From NCBI GenBank assembly GCA_025060135.1, contig JANXCY010000004.1, positions 34,341-98,340 on the forward strand: DNA of 64,000 nt, read 5' to 3'. The position numbers were made by a program, and so were the translations under genes. This document shows positions 52,090 through 61,950 of this stretch, one piece after another. Source of the stretch: Anaerolineae bacterium. Its GTDB lineage: Bacteria > Chloroflexota > Anaerolineae > B4-G1 > DUEL01. Numbering within the stretch: the stretch's first letter is position 1; each line of letters opens with the position of its first letter. The notes under the pieces were generated by a model. The model ran no database searches. It was not told the DNA's origin and saw nothing but the letters and a program-made list of their open reading frames with translations.

Positions 52090-53169
52090 CTATAGGCTCC
52101 CCCGCAGTTGCCCGCAGCCAGCCTGAATCTCCGTTCCCCGCCGCAGACGGACCGTGAACGGGACCCCTCGTCGCTCCAGCACAGCAGTGAACGCGGTGAT
52201 GGCTTCCCGTGAGGAGGGATGACCATCGTAGGCCGGAGTGGGATTCAGAGGGATCAGGTTGACATGGGCAGTCAATCCCTCCAATCGCCGGACCAGCGCC
52301 TCCGCCTGGTCCGGAGAGTCGTTGACTCCGGCAATGAGCACCCATTCAAAACTGAGGCGCCGACCGGTGCGGGCAAAATACCGTCGGCAGGCCGCAAAAA
52401 GAGCATCCAGCCCGTAGCGGCGGTTGACCGGTACCAGGCGGTTCCGCAGATCGTCGGTGGCAGCATGGAGGGAAACGGCCAGCGTGATCTGAAGCGGCCC
52501 GCCCCAGGGATTGCTCTCGCTGGCCAGTCGGTCCATTTCCGGGACTATGCCAACCGTAGAAAGGGTTATGCGCCGCTGCCCTAACCGGAATCCCTGAGGA
52601 TCACTCAAACGGCGAATCGCCTCCACCGTCGCCTCGTAATTCAGCAACGGCTCCCCCATCCCCATCAGCACCACATGGGAAAGGGAACGACCGGAAGACC
52701 CACCCTCGGCCCCCAGAACACGGGCAAAGTGAAGCGCCTGAGCAACAATTTCGCCCGCAGAGAGGTTGCGACGGAACCCCACCTGTCCGGTGGCGCAGAA
52801 GACACAGCCCAGAGGACAGCCCACCTGAGTGGAAATACAGGCCGTGCGCCGTCGCTCGTAGCGCATCAGGACGGCTTCCACCGTCTCGCCATCGGCCAGC
52901 CGGAGCAGGTCCTTACGCGTGAGACCGTCGGAAGAGACCCGGGTGGCCTGGATCGGAGGGGAGAGGAGAGGATACCGCTCTGCCAGACGCTCCCGCAGGG
53001 AGCGGGGCAGATTGGTCATCTGCTCCCAATCATCGGCCAGATGGACATACAGCCATTCCCAGACCTGCCGGGCGCGGAAAGGGGGTTCACCCCACTGGTC
53101 CATCAGGGCCTGGAGAGCAGGAAAGGAGAGATCATAGGGACTGGAACGGGGAGGGACATCGGCAGCCAT
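52090..53169 (-). CDS. rlmN: 23S rRNA/tRNA A2503/A37 C2-methyltransferase (radical SAM).
   Basis: ...PFRARQVWEWLY..., CISTQVGCPLGCVFCATG, and a C-terminal ...GCGQL. Confidence 0.9.
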   Translation of the reverse strand: MAADVPPRSSPYDLSFPALQALMDQWGEPPFRARQVWEWLYVHLADDWEQMTNLPRSLRERLAERYPLLSPPIQATRVSSDGLTRKDLLRLADGETVEAVLMRYERRRTACISTQVGCPLGCVFCATGQVGFRRNLSAGEIVAQALHFARVLGAEGGSSGRSLSHVVLMGMGEPLLNYEATVEAIRRLSDPQGFRLGQRRITLSTVGIVPEMDRLASESNPWGGPLQITLAVSLHAATDDLRNRLVPVNRRYGLDALFAACRRYFARTGRRLSFEWVLIAGVNDSPDQAEALVRRLEGLTAHVNLIPLNPTPAYDGHPSSREAITAFTAVLERRGVPFTVRLRRGTEIQAGCGQLRGSL

Positions 53170-53178
53170 GCCGACCGG

Positions 53179-54150
53179 CTACTTCTCCATCACCAGCGCC
53201 AGTTTCCAGAGTTCCATATTAATCTCTTTGCAAAAAGCGACAGCCTCCTCCAGCGGCGTGGTCACCGCGCGGTCGTGTCGCCATCCCACCATCACACCGC
53301 TTTTGCCCCGGATCAGGGCTTCGGCAGCAGCAGCGCCCAGCCGGGTCGCCAGCAACCGGTCAAAAGCCGACGGACGCCCTCCCCGCTGGATATGGCCCAG
53401 AACGGTCAGGCGAATCTCAAACCCTAATTCCTCATGGCGGCTGTTCAGATAGTCCACCAGGGCGCGCGTGCCGGGCTTCCAACCCTCAGCAACGATGATG
53501 ATACAATGGGCCTTCCCCCGCACATACGTATCGCCGATAACCCGCGCCACTTCTTCCATAGTGATTTCGACTTCCGGGATCAGTACCAATTCGGCCCCAC
53601 CGGCCACGCCACTGGCCAGCGCCAGATACCCGCAGTCGCGCCCCATCGTCTCGATCAGAAAGGCCCGATTATGAGAGGAAGCCGTATCTTTAATGCGATC
53701 GATCGCATCCAGAATGGTGTTCAGCGCGGTGTCCACACCGATGGCAATGTCGGTCCCGTTAATGTCGTTATCTATCGTGGCCGGGACACCGACAACGGGG
53801 AAGCCCATCCGGTGCAATTCCAGCGCGCCGGTAAGGGAGCCATTGCCGCCGATAACGACCAGGCCGTCTATATCCAGCCGATTGAGGGTTCGCAGCGCTT
53901 CCCGGCGTCCCTTTTCAGTGAGGAACTCCGGACAGCGGGCAGTGCCCAGGAACGTGCCTCCATGCCCCATGATACCACTGACGGCCCGTCGATCCAGGTC
54001 CACAACCTCGCCGTTGATCAGGCCCAGGTACCCTCGCCGAACCCCAACCACCTCGACGCCCAGATGAATGGCCATCCGGGTTACTGCCCGAATGCAGGGG
54101 TTCAACCCGGGCCCGTCCCCCCCGCTGGTCAGGACGGCGATACGTTTCAT
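53179..54150 (-). CDS. pfkA: 6-phosphofructokinase (short PfkA type, 324 aa).
   Basis: From MKRIAVLTSGGDGPGLNPCIRAV it reads ...VVIGGNGSL...PATIDNDI...LGHIQRGG. The start is the ATG at 54150. Confidence 0.9.
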   Translation of the reverse strand: MKRIAVLTSGGDGPGLNPCIRAVTRMAIHLGVEVVGVRRGYLGLINGEVVDLDRRAVSGIMGHGGTFLGTARCPEFLTEKGRREALRTLNRLDIDGLVVIGGNGSLTGALELHRMGFPVVGVPATIDNDINGTDIAIGVDTALNTILDAIDRIKDTASSHNRAFLIETMGRDCGYLALASGVAGGAELVLIPEVEITMEEVARVIGDTYVRGKAHCIIIVAEGWKPGTRALVDYLNSRHEELGFEIRLTVLGHIQRGGRPSAFDRLLATRLGAAAAEALIRGKSGVMVGWRHDRAVTTPLEEAVAFCKEINMELWKLALVMEK

Positions 54151-54244
54151 TTCTCCCCCGAATGCTGACAGTCCCTGGAGAATTTCCCGGCGGCGGGCCC
54201 GCCCCAACGGAAATGGCTCAGTCTCCACCGATCGGCAATATGGG

Positions 54245-55402
54245 CTAATACAGGAACATCGGCTTACCGTGAACGTGCATCACCTTGGGGCGGTACTCGT
54301 CTACATCATAGAGGGCCCGTACATCCACGTGCTTGGTCCCCAACGTCGGCGATGCCGCGTCTACATCGGTGTAGCGCCCCTCCCGCAGGGCAACCATCCG
54401 CCCAAACTTCCGCTCCTGAATGAGATCCATAGCCGTGTTGGCGAAGTTGACAGCGACCATAATGTCCAGCGCGTCCGGCTCACCTGAGCGCATCAGGTAG
54501 GCCAGTTCCTGGCACATCGTCCCTTCGCCCGTGATCTGCTCCAACCGCTTCGCCGTCACGGCGCCGATACCACCCAGTTTCTTGTGCCCATAGGGGTCAG
54601 GGACACCGGATTGGATCACCTCTTTCCCGATCTCGCGGGCCCCCTCCGAGATAGTCATAATCGCATAGCGACTGGGATTCTCGTACTTGTCTTTTAACAG
54701 CAAATGGGCCAGTTTCTCAATATCAAAGGGCACCTCGGAGATAATGGCCCGGTCGGCCCCAGAGAGATAAGCAGCGATCAGAGAGGTCTCTCCAGAATGG
54801 CGGCCAAAGAGTTCCACCACGCAGATGCGTTCATGGGAGCCAGCAGTAGAACGCAGTTGGTGAATGAAGCGAACACTGCGGGTAACAGCGGTGGAAAAGC
54901 CAATACAGTAGTCCGTGCCGAAAACGTCGTTGTCCATCGTCTTGGGGATGCTGACAATGGGGAAGCCCTCGCGGTGAATGCGCGCCGCGTACCCTAAGGT
55001 GTCTTCCCCACCGATAGGCACCAGGACGTCTATCTTCAGATGCTCCAGCACCCGTAGGACATGGGCCGTAAAGTCCACGTTCCCATTTTTGTCCACCGGG
55101 AATGCCTCCGGGTCCAGGAACGGAGGAGCCTTATCTGGCGCGACCCGACCGGGATTGGTCCGGGAAGTATGCAGAAACGTGCCGCCGGTCCGGTCAATGG
55201 TGCGCACCACGGCTTTTTCCAGAGGGATCACATATTCTGGCTGGGGGGACGGGTCGTCCGGATTGTAGTAAAGGAGTCCGGCCCATCCCCGACGAATGCC
55301 CAGCACTTCGTGCCCCTCATCCACGGCCCGATAGACCAGAGCCTTGATACAGGGATTCAGTCCGGGGACATCGCCCCCTCCGGTCAGAACTCCGATTCTC
55401 AT
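54245..55402 (-). CDS. Phosphofructokinase paralogue (longer form, 386 aa; phosphoryl donor not assignable by eye).
   Basis: From [22 protein letters not shown] it reads ...[11 protein letters not shown]...PKTMDNDV.... The start is the ATG at 55402. Confidence 0.85.
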   Translation of the reverse strand: MRIGVLTGGGDVPGLNPCIKALVYRAVDEGHEVLGIRRGWAGLLYYNPDDPSPQPEYVIPLEKAVVRTIDRTGGTFLHTSRTNPGRVAPDKAPPFLDPEAFPVDKNGNVDFTAHVLRVLEHLKIDVLVPIGGEDTLGYAARIHREGFPIVSIPKTMDNDVFGTDYCIGFSTAVTRSVRFIHQLRSTAGSHERICVVELFGRHSGETSLIAAYLSGADRAIISEVPFDIEKLAHLLLKDKYENPSRYAIMTISEGAREIGKEVIQSGVPDPYGHKKLGGIGAVTAKRLEQITGEGTMCQELAYLMRSGEPDALDIMVAVNFANTAMDLIQERKFGRMVALREGRYTDVDAASPTLGTKHVDVRALYDVDEYRPKVMHVHGKPMFLY

Positions 55403-55475
55403 ACTCTCCTCCCCAGCGTATCGGATTGGCGCGCCAAGCGCTGCATGAAGATGGATGGTATGAAGTATCTTTTGG

Positions 55476-55504
55476 ATTATACCACGCCTTTCCGGATTTG
55501 GCAA
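55476..55504 (-). promoter_or_regulatory. Promoter of the pfk-pfkA-rlmN strand.
   Basis: The reverse strand reads TTGCCA - 17 nt - TATAAT. Confidence 0.5.
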
Positions 55505-55535
55505 AAGGAATGGCGAAAACCCCCCGATATGCCCC

Positions 55536-55564
55536 TTGACGGAGCGGGAGGAAAATGGCATAAT
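55536..55564 (+). promoter_or_regulatory. Promoter of the polyprenyl synthase/glycosyltransferase strand.
   Basis: TTGACG - 17 nt - CATAAT. Confidence 0.45.
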
Positions 55565-55629
55565 GAAAGCATCCGGTGGAGCGCCATACCGGTTCGGCTC
55601 TGTCGGCAACACCCGTTCCGGAGACGCCC

Positions 55630-56595
55630 GTGTCGTCATTGCCGTTTTTCCACCTGGTCGCTGACGACCTCCGTCAAGTAGAGGCTCTCCTGCGAGCCCA
55701 GGAAGCGAACCCCCATCCGGCGATCGCTGGCGCGGTAGACCATCTGCTGGGCAGCGGGGGCAAGCGGCTGCGCCCGGCCCTGGTCCTCCTCTCTTCCCAT
55801 CTGTGCGGAGCAGACCCCAGTGCAGCCCTCTTCGCCGCCGCTGGCGTGGAGATGCTCCATACAGCCACCCTGGTCCACGATGACCTGATTGACGGCTCCC
55901 TGATGCGCCGGGGCGCAGAGACCCTGAATGCCCGCTGGTCCCCGGCCGCCACCGTCCTGACCGGCGATTACCTCTTCGCCCGCGCGGCCTATCTGGTGGC
56001 CCGCACGGCCAACGTTCGTCTGGTGCAGCGGTTCGCTGAGACCCTCATGGTCATCTGCAACGGGGAAATCCGCCAGATGTTTGACGGAAGAGACCGGGTA
56101 CCCACCTTTCAGGAGTACGAACAGCGCATCTATGCCAAGACCGCCTCCCTGATCGCGCTGTCGGCAGAAGCCGGCGCCATCCTGGCCCACGCTGACGAGG
56201 ACACCATTTCCGCCCTGCACAGGTACGGAGAACGGCTGGGCCTGGCCTTCCAGGTGGTGGACGACATCCTGGACTTTGTCGCCGATGAGCAGACCCTGGG
56301 GAAACCGGTGGGCAGCGACCTGCGTCAGGGCCTGATCACCCTCCCGGTCATGCTGTTCTTGGAGGACAGCCACGATCATCCGACTCTCCAGCGGCTCCGC
56401 CACGGACCCCTCTCCGAAGACGCGGTTCAGGAAGCCGTCCGGACCGTTGCGGCCTCCCCGGCGATTGACCGCTCCCTTCAGGTCGCCCGCGGCTACATCC
56501 GGGAGGCGAAGGAAACCCTCCAATCCCTTCCGCCCTCCGACTACCGGGACGCCCTGCTGGACCTGGCGGACTTCGTCACCCGGCGTCAATTCTGA
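55630..56595 (+). CDS. Long-chain polyprenyl diphosphate synthase (hepta/octaprenyl type).
   Basis: The first motif is [10 protein letters not shown] and the second is DDILDF. I chose the GTG at 55630 (GGAGA sits 6 nt upstream); the track start at 55576 is also possible. Confidence 0.85.
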   Translation: MSSLPFFHLVADDLRQVEALLRAQEANPHPAIAGAVDHLLGSGGKRLRPALVLLSSHLCGADPSAALFAAAGVEMLHTATLVHDDLIDGSLMRRGAETLNARWSPAATVLTGDYLFARAAYLVARTANVRLVQRFAETLMVICNGEIRQMFDGRDRVPTFQEYEQRIYAKTASLIALSAEAGAILAHADEDTISALHRYGERLGLAFQVVDDILDFVADEQTLGKPVGSDLRQGLITLPVMLFLEDSHDHPTLQRLRHGPLSEDAVQEAVRTVAASPAIDRSLQVARGYIREAKETLQSLPPSDYRDALLDLADFVTRRQF

Positions 56596-56601
56596 CCTTG
56601 G

Positions 56602-56665
56602 TCATCCCGTCATTCTCTCATTCCATCATTCTGTCATTCCGTCATTCCACCATTTCGTCATTTAT
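56602..56665. repeat. Tandem octanucleotide repeat, 8 units of TCATTCNN.
   Basis: The units are tcatcccg, tcattctc, tcattcca, tcattctg, tcattccg, tcattcca, ccatttcg and tcatttat. The period is exactly 8 bp. The last unit overlaps the GT2 ATG. Confidence 0.85.
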
Positions 56666-57632
56666 GCCCGACCTCTCAGTTCTCATCGTCAACTGGAACG
56701 TCCGGGACCTGCTCCGGCGTTGCCTTCACTCCATCCTGGCCAGCCTGCCCATCGGTGCACTGGAAATCATCGTCGTGGATAACGGCTCCACCGATGGAAG
56801 CGCGGAGATGGTTCGGGCAGAGTTCCCGCAGGTCCACCTCATTGCCAACACCGATAACCGGGGCTTCACTAGGGCCAACAATCAGGGACTGGCCGTCGCC
56901 CGGGGCCGCTACATCCTTCTCCTGAACCCGGATACCGAAGTGGTCGGCGACGCCCTGGAGACGATGATCACCTTCGCCGATGCCCATCCCAACGTCGGTA
57001 TCGTCGGCCCGCAATTGCTGAATCCCGATGGGACGGTCCAGTCCTCCCGCCGCCGTTTCCCTACCCTGGGGACGGCCCTCTTTGAGTCCACCTGGCTTCA
57101 GCCGTATGCCCCCCGGCGCCTGCTCATGCACTACTACGTCCTGGACCGTCCCGACCATGAGATTCAGGACGTGGACTGGGTAACCGGAGCGGCATTAATG
57201 GCCCGGCGAGAGGCCGTAGAGCAGGTGGGGCCACTGGACGAAGGGTTTTTCATGTATTCGGAGGAACTGGACTGGTGCCGTCGGTTTCGGGAGGCGGGCT
57301 GGCGGGTCGTCTACCTACCCACCGCCCAGGTGATCCATCACGAGGGCAAAAGCAGCGAACAGGCCCTCCCTGCCCGCCATATCCACTTCCAGACCAGCAA
57401 GGTCCGCTATTTCCGTAAGTATCATGGCCCGGTCGCGGCGGAGACGCTGAGAGCGGTCCTTCTGGGCAACTACCTCTGGCAAATCGGACTGGAGGGAGCC
57501 AAGTGGCTCCTGGGCCACCAGCGTCCACTGCGGGCAGCACGCATCGGCGCATACCGACAGGTGGTGCAGGCCCTGATACGGGGATTAGGAGCCTATGCGC
57601 ATCGGGCTGGTAACCGGCGAATTTCCTCCTGA
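56664..57632 (+). CDS. Family 2 glycosyltransferase.
   Basis: [17 protein letters not shown]...[10 protein letters not shown]...LLNPDTEV is the GT-A DxD region. The start is the ATG at 56664. Confidence 0.85.
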   Translation: MPDLSVLIVNWNVRDLLRRCLHSILASLPIGALEIIVVDNGSTDGSAEMVRAEFPQVHLIANTDNRGFTRANNQGLAVARGRYILLLNPDTEVVGDALETMITFADAHPNVGIVGPQLLNPDGTVQSSRRRFPTLGTALFESTWLQPYAPRRLLMHYYVLDRPDHEIQDVDWVTGAALMARREAVEQVGPLDEGFFMYSEELDWCRRFREAGWRVVYLPTAQVIHHEGKSSEQALPARHIHFQTSKVRYFRKYHGPVAAETLRAVLLGNYLWQIGLEGAKWLLGHQRPLRAARIGAYRQVVQALIRGLGAYAHRAGNRRISS

Positions 57633-58752
57633 CCAGGGTGGCGTGGGAGATTTCACCTTCCGGCTGGCGGAGGCGATGGTCGCGTTGGGCTGCGACGTGC
57701 ACGTGATCACCGGCCCCCTCCGCACTCTGGAGCACGAAACCCGTCCCCCCTTCCCCGTCCACCGCGCGGTCCCCTCCTGGCGCTGGGGTTGCTGGCGGGG
57801 GATTCTGAGAGTAGCCCAGGAGACACGCCTGGAACTCCTAAACCTCCAGTATCAGGCTGCCGCGTACGGGATGCATCCGGCGGTCCATTTCCTCCCCCAG
57901 CCTTCGGCCCGCCCACCGGTAGTGGTTACTTTCCACGACCTTCGGGTGCCGTACCTCTTCCCCAAGGCCGGTCCGCTACGCTGGCAAGTTGTTCGGATGC
58001 TGGCCCGCCGTGCCGATGGCGTCATCGTTACCAACCGGGAGGACTATCTCCGGCTGGAAGGGGAGATTCCCCGCGACCGCTTGGCCCTGATCCCTATCGG
58101 GAGCAACATCCCGCCCACGCCGCCCCCGGGCTACGACCCGCTCGCTGAACGGACCCGCTGGGGGGTGGGGCCCGGCGACCTCCTCCTGGGCTACTTCGGA
58201 TTCCTCAATGAGAGCAAAGGTGGAGAGGAGTTGATCCGGGCGCTGGCTCTGCTGGTGGCGCGCGGCGTCCCGGCCCACCTGCTGATGATCGGCGGGCGGG
58301 TGGGCACCTCCGATCCCACCAACCGGGCCTACGCGGCCTTTATAGATGGCCTCATCGCCGAACTGGGGTTGACGGAGCGGGTCCACTGGACCGGCTACAC
58401 AGACCCTCCCTCGGTCTCGGCGGGCCTGCTGGCGACGGACGTCTGCATTCTCCCCTACCGGGACGGGGTCTCCTTCCGGCGAGGGACGCTGCACGCCTGT
58501 CTGGCTCATGGGCGGGCCATCGTTACCACCTGCCCGGCGGTGCCCCTACCGGAAGTCCGGGACGGGGAGAATATGCTGCTGGTGCCGTCCCGAGACGCGG
58601 ACGCGCTGGCGGAAGCGGTCCTCCGGCTCTGGCGCGACCCGGCCCTGCGGGCTCGCCTGGAGGCCGGTGCGCGGGCTCTGGCCACCGACTTCTCCTGGGA
58701 CCGCATCGCCCGCCAGACGGTGGCATTCCTGAGCCGCTGGGTGTCCGGATGA
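57595..58752 (+). CDS. Family 4 (GT-B) glycosyltransferase.
   Basis: [20 protein letters not shown]..., and a C-terminal E-x7-E-like region ...PYRDGVSFRRGTLHACLAHGRAIV. Confidence 0.85.
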   Translation: MRIGLVTGEFPPDQGGVGDFTFRLAEAMVALGCDVHVITGPLRTLEHETRPPFPVHRAVPSWRWGCWRGILRVAQETRLELLNLQYQAAAYGMHPAVHFLPQPSARPPVVVTFHDLRVPYLFPKAGPLRWQVVRMLARRADGVIVTNREDYLRLEGEIPRDRLALIPIGSNIPPTPPPGYDPLAERTRWGVGPGDLLLGYFGFLNESKGGEELIRALALLVARGVPAHLLMIGGRVGTSDPTNRAYAAFIDGLIAELGLTERVHWTGYTDPPSVSAGLLATDVCILPYRDGVSFRRGTLHACLAHGRAIVTTCPAVPLPEVRDGENMLLVPSRDADALAEAVLRLWRDPALRARLEAGARALATDFSWDRIARQTVAFLSRWVSG

Positions 58753-58787
58753 AACGCTGGATTCCTGCATACACAAGGAGGTCATCT

Positions 58788-59675
58788 ATGGATTTTCTCA
58801 CCCGTCTGACATCTGGCGCCCCGATAGTGGCCGACGGTGCGATGGGGACTATGCTCCAAGCCGCCGGATTGCCGCCGGGCAAGACCGGAGAATTCTGGGT
58901 TCTGGAACGCCCAGAGGCCATCGCCACTGTCCATCGCGCTTACGTGGAAGCGGGCGCGGAACTGATTCTCACCTGTACCTTCGGGGGCACCCGCCCTCGC
59001 CTGGAGCGAATGGGACTGGCCGGACAGGTCGCCGAAGTCAACCGCCGGGCCGTGGAAATCGCCCGCCAGGCCACCGACGGACGGGCCTTCGTTGCCGGAG
59101 ACATCGGGCCGCTGGGAGAATGGCTGGCCCCATTGGGGAAGCGGTCGTACTCAGAGGCAGTAGACCTGTTCGCCGAACAGGCCGCCGCCCTGGCGGAGGC
59201 CGGGGTGGACGTCCTCTATATTGAAACCATGTCCGCCTTAGATGAAGCCCAGGCGGCAGTGGAAGGGGCTCGGCGGGCTGCTCCCCATCTGCCCATCACG
59301 CTGACGTTCTCCTTTGATACCCACGGACGCACCCACATGGGCGTCCGACCGGAACAGGCCGCCCGAGCGGCCCTGGAATGGGGGGTGGCAGCCTTCGGCG
59401 TCAACTGCGGCGCCACCCTGGAGATGACCGGAGAAGCGCTGGAGAAGATGCGGGCAGCGGCGCCTGGAGCCATTCTCATTGCCAAACCGAATGCGGGCCT
59501 GCCGCGCATCGTGGAGGGCAAACCCGTCTACGATGCGACGCCGGAAATGATGGCCGACTTCGCAGTCCGAGCGGTGGCCCTGGGCGCGCGCATTGTGGGC
59601 GGGTGCTGCGGCTCCACTCCGGAGCACATCCGGGCCATAGCCCGACGATGGGGCTCTTCCGCAGCGGCGGGATAG
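58788..59675 (+). CDS. Homocysteine S-methyltransferase domain protein (stand-alone MetH N-domain/BHMT-like).
   Basis: ...DGAMGTMLQ..., FGVNCG and GGCCGSTPEHI (zinc Cys ligands). AAGGAGG lies 5 nt upstream of the ATG at 58788. Confidence 0.8.
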   Translation: MDFLTRLTSGAPIVADGAMGTMLQAAGLPPGKTGEFWVLERPEAIATVHRAYVEAGAELILTCTFGGTRPRLERMGLAGQVAEVNRRAVEIARQATDGRAFVAGDIGPLGEWLAPLGKRSYSEAVDLFAEQAAALAEAGVDVLYIETMSALDEAQAAVEGARRAAPHLPITLTFSFDTHGRTHMGVRPEQAARAALEWGVAAFGVNCGATLEMTGEALEKMRAAAPGAILIAKPNAGLPRIVEGKPVYDATPEMMADFAVRAVALGARIVGGCCGSTPEHIRAIARRWGSSAAAG

Positions 59676-59678
59676 AAA

Positions 59679-59713
59679 CGGTTCCCTGCGGCGGCTTTGC
59701 CCGCAGGGAACCG
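59679..59713. terminator. Perfect 13-bp hairpin between convergent genes.
   Basis: CGGTTCCCTGCGG-cggctttgc-CCGCAGGGAACCG. Confidence 0.6.
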
Positions 59714-59855
59714 CTACTGCCCAACAGAATCCTATCGGGGAAAAGCAGCGGCCTCTCCAGGAGTTCCCCAGCCCCCTTGGAGCACCAGCGAACCGATGCA
59801 CCGCGCAGACAGTTAGCCGGTATCTAACAGACCGGGCGGCCTACGCTAGCCGCCC

Positions 59856-61583
59856 CTAAACCCACAGGGGGACAAAGGTAAACCGCTCCACATCCACCAG
59901 CCCCTGATCCGTTAACTTCAGCGCGGGGATGACCTCCAGGGCCAGAAAACTAAGCGTCATAAAGGGATCGGAAAGCATCGTCCCCAGCCTCCGCGCGGCC
60001 TCATTCAACCGGTCCATCTGATGGCGTACCACTTCCACCGGCCGATCGGACATCAGCCCGGCCACAGGGAGAGGCACGGCAGCCAGCACTTCCTCTCCAA
60101 CGGCTGCCACCAGTCCACCGCCCATCGCGGCTACCGCCCGCGCCGCAGTCATCATAGAAACATCATCCCCACCCACGACGATGAGATTATGGGCATCGTG
60201 CCCCACGCTTCCTGCCAGCGCGCCCTGTCGTAACCCCAGCCCGTGCACGAATCCGAGCCCCACGTTTCCCGTCCCCCGGTGGCGCTCTATTACAGCCAGT
60301 TTCAGGATGTCCCGCTCCGCATCGGCTACGGCCTCTCCCTCCCGCAGGGGCACTTCCTCTATCCGGTGCTCCGTCAGCACCTGGTCGGGGATAACACCAA
60401 TGATCCGGACCCGAGCGCTTCGGGCCGCCGGGTCCGGAGCCGAGATGTTCAGATGAACCCGTTCCCAATCCACGCGGACGGTGCCCCGCACTGCCGACTC
60501 GTCCGCCGAAGGTTCGGGCCATGCCCCTACCGGCTCTCCGGCCTGGGCCACCAGTCGCCCGGCGGAAAAGACCATCTCCGGACGGAAATTCTTCAGGTCG
60601 GAAAAGACTACTAAATCGGCCCGCAGGCCCGGCGCGATGGCCCCCCGGTCGGTGAGGCGGAACCATTCGGCCACGTTCAGGGTCGCCATCTGGATCGCCG
60701 TGATCGGGTCCAAACCCTCTGCCACAGCCAGCCGGATCAGATGGTCCAGATGCCCTTCGTCCAGCAAGTCGGCAGGGTGGCGGTCATCGGTACAGAAGGC
60801 ACAGCGGCGGCTATTGCTCGGAGTTACGGCTGGCAAGAGCGTCCGCAGGTTCTTCGCAGCCGTGGATTCCCGGATGAAAATCCGCATCCCCAGACGGAGT
60901 TTCTCCATCATTTCGGCCGTTGTCGTGCATTCATGGTCGGAGCCGGGGCCAGCGCCCACGTATGCCTGCAACCACTTCCCGCTGATGCCCGGAGCATGGC
61001 CATCCATCACCCGTCCCCGAAAGGCTTCCACTTTCGCCAGCACATCCGGGAAGCCCAGGACCAGACCGGGTACGTTCATCACTTCTGCCAGGCCCAGGAC
61101 GCGCGGCAGGTCTGCCAGTCCCTTCAGGTCCGCTGCCCCCAGTTCGGCCCCAGCAGTGCCCATTGTTGTCGCTGGCACACAGGAAGGAAGGTTGACATAG
61201 ACCGTCAGGGGCAGGCCCTCCGAAGCCGTCAGCATGTAACGAATCCCTGCCGCCCCGGCCACGTTGGCGATCTCATGGGGATCGCAGACGACCGTCGTGG
61301 TGCCCCGGGGGACCACAGCCCGGGCAAACTGATACGGAGTTACCATAGAGGACTCTATGTGGACATGAGCATCTATCAGGCCCGGGCAGACGTACCGCCC
61401 TCCCAGGTCCATCTCCTGGTGCCCCTGCACTCCGCTCCCAACGCCGACAATCCGCCCATCGGCAATAGCCACATCCGCTTCCACGATCTCCCCGGTGAAG
61501 ACGTTGATCACCCGTCCGTTCTTCAATATCAGTTCGGCGGGCTCGTCCCCCCGAGCAACTGCCAAGAACCGGGACAGGTCCAT
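59856..61583 (-). CDS. ade: Adenine deaminase.
   Basis: ...PGLIDAHVHIESSM..., a length near 575 aa, and amidohydrolase motifs. Confidence 0.9.
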   Translation of the reverse strand: MDLSRFLAVARGDEPAELILKNGRVINVFTGEIVEADVAIADGRIVGVGSGVQGHQEMDLGGRYVCPGLIDAHVHIESSMVTPYQFARAVVPRGTTTVVCDPHEIANVAGAAGIRYMLTASEGLPLTVYVNLPSCVPATTMGTAGAELGAADLKGLADLPRVLGLAEVMNVPGLVLGFPDVLAKVEAFRGRVMDGHAPGISGKWLQAYVGAGPGSDHECTTTAEMMEKLRLGMRIFIRESTAAKNLRTLLPAVTPSNSRRCAFCTDDRHPADLLDEGHLDHLIRLAVAEGLDPITAIQMATLNVAEWFRLTDRGAIAPGLRADLVVFSDLKNFRPEMVFSAGRLVAQAGEPVGAWPEPSADESAVRGTVRVDWERVHLNISAPDPAARSARVRIIGVIPDQVLTEHRIEEVPLREGEAVADAERDILKLAVIERHRGTGNVGLGFVHGLGLRQGALAGSVGHDAHNLIVVGGDDVSMMTAARAVAAMGGGLVAAVGEEVLAAVPLPVAGLMSDRPVEVVRHQMDRLNEAARRLGTMLSDPFMTLSFLALEVIPALKLTDQGLVDVERFTFVPLWV

Positions 61584-61765
61584 GCCCTACCTCCTCCGGC
61601 AACCCGTTTCACCTGCATAGGGCCGCATCCAAGAGGAATCATAGCATTACCGGTCATTCCTGTCAAACACCCGTCTTCGGCCCTCCAATCGACCGAGGTT
61701 GGGACATAAGTCGGGACATCCGCTTTCGCCTTTGTCCTAACTCATACCCGAACTTCAGAGAGACC

Positions 61766-61793
61766 TTGACAGAACGGCTGGCGAGGATATAAT
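61766..61793 (+). promoter_or_regulatory. Promoter upstream of the GNAT gene. The predicted leader contains repeat B4.
   Basis: TTGACA - 16 nt - TATAAT. Confidence 0.5.
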
Positions 61794-61821
61794 CCGGGGC
61801 GGCCCCCTGAGATATTTCTGA

Positions 61822-61948
61822 CCAATGCCGAAGGTTGCATAGGGCAGGCTGTCCGCCTGTAACGGGTAGCCCGAAACAGCCTTCCGATATGACGGGCCGG
61901 GTGGCTCGCACTACAGCGCCACAGGTCCCTGGAGAACCTGAATTTTCG
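61822..61948. repeat. Family B repeat, copy 4.
   Basis: AATGCCGAAGG...ATAGGGCAGGCtgtccGCCTGTAA...CAGCGCCACAGGTCCCTGGAGAACCTGAATTTT. Confidence 0.65.
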
Positions 61949-61950
61949 GA

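Noticed and set aside
56598-56663. Reading the octamer repeat as the N-terminus of the GT2 protein (VIPSFSHSIILSFRHSTISSF).
   Set aside because: The GT2-typical N-terminus ([12 protein letters not shown]) starts at the ATG at 56664. The upstream 'peptide' is merely the translation of an 8-bp tandem repeat.
56602-56665. A possible CRISPR array or other spaced repeat.
   Set aside because: The units are contiguous 8-mers without spacers. I saw no array of direct repeats about 25-40 bp long separated by spacers, and no cas gene, anywhere in the window.
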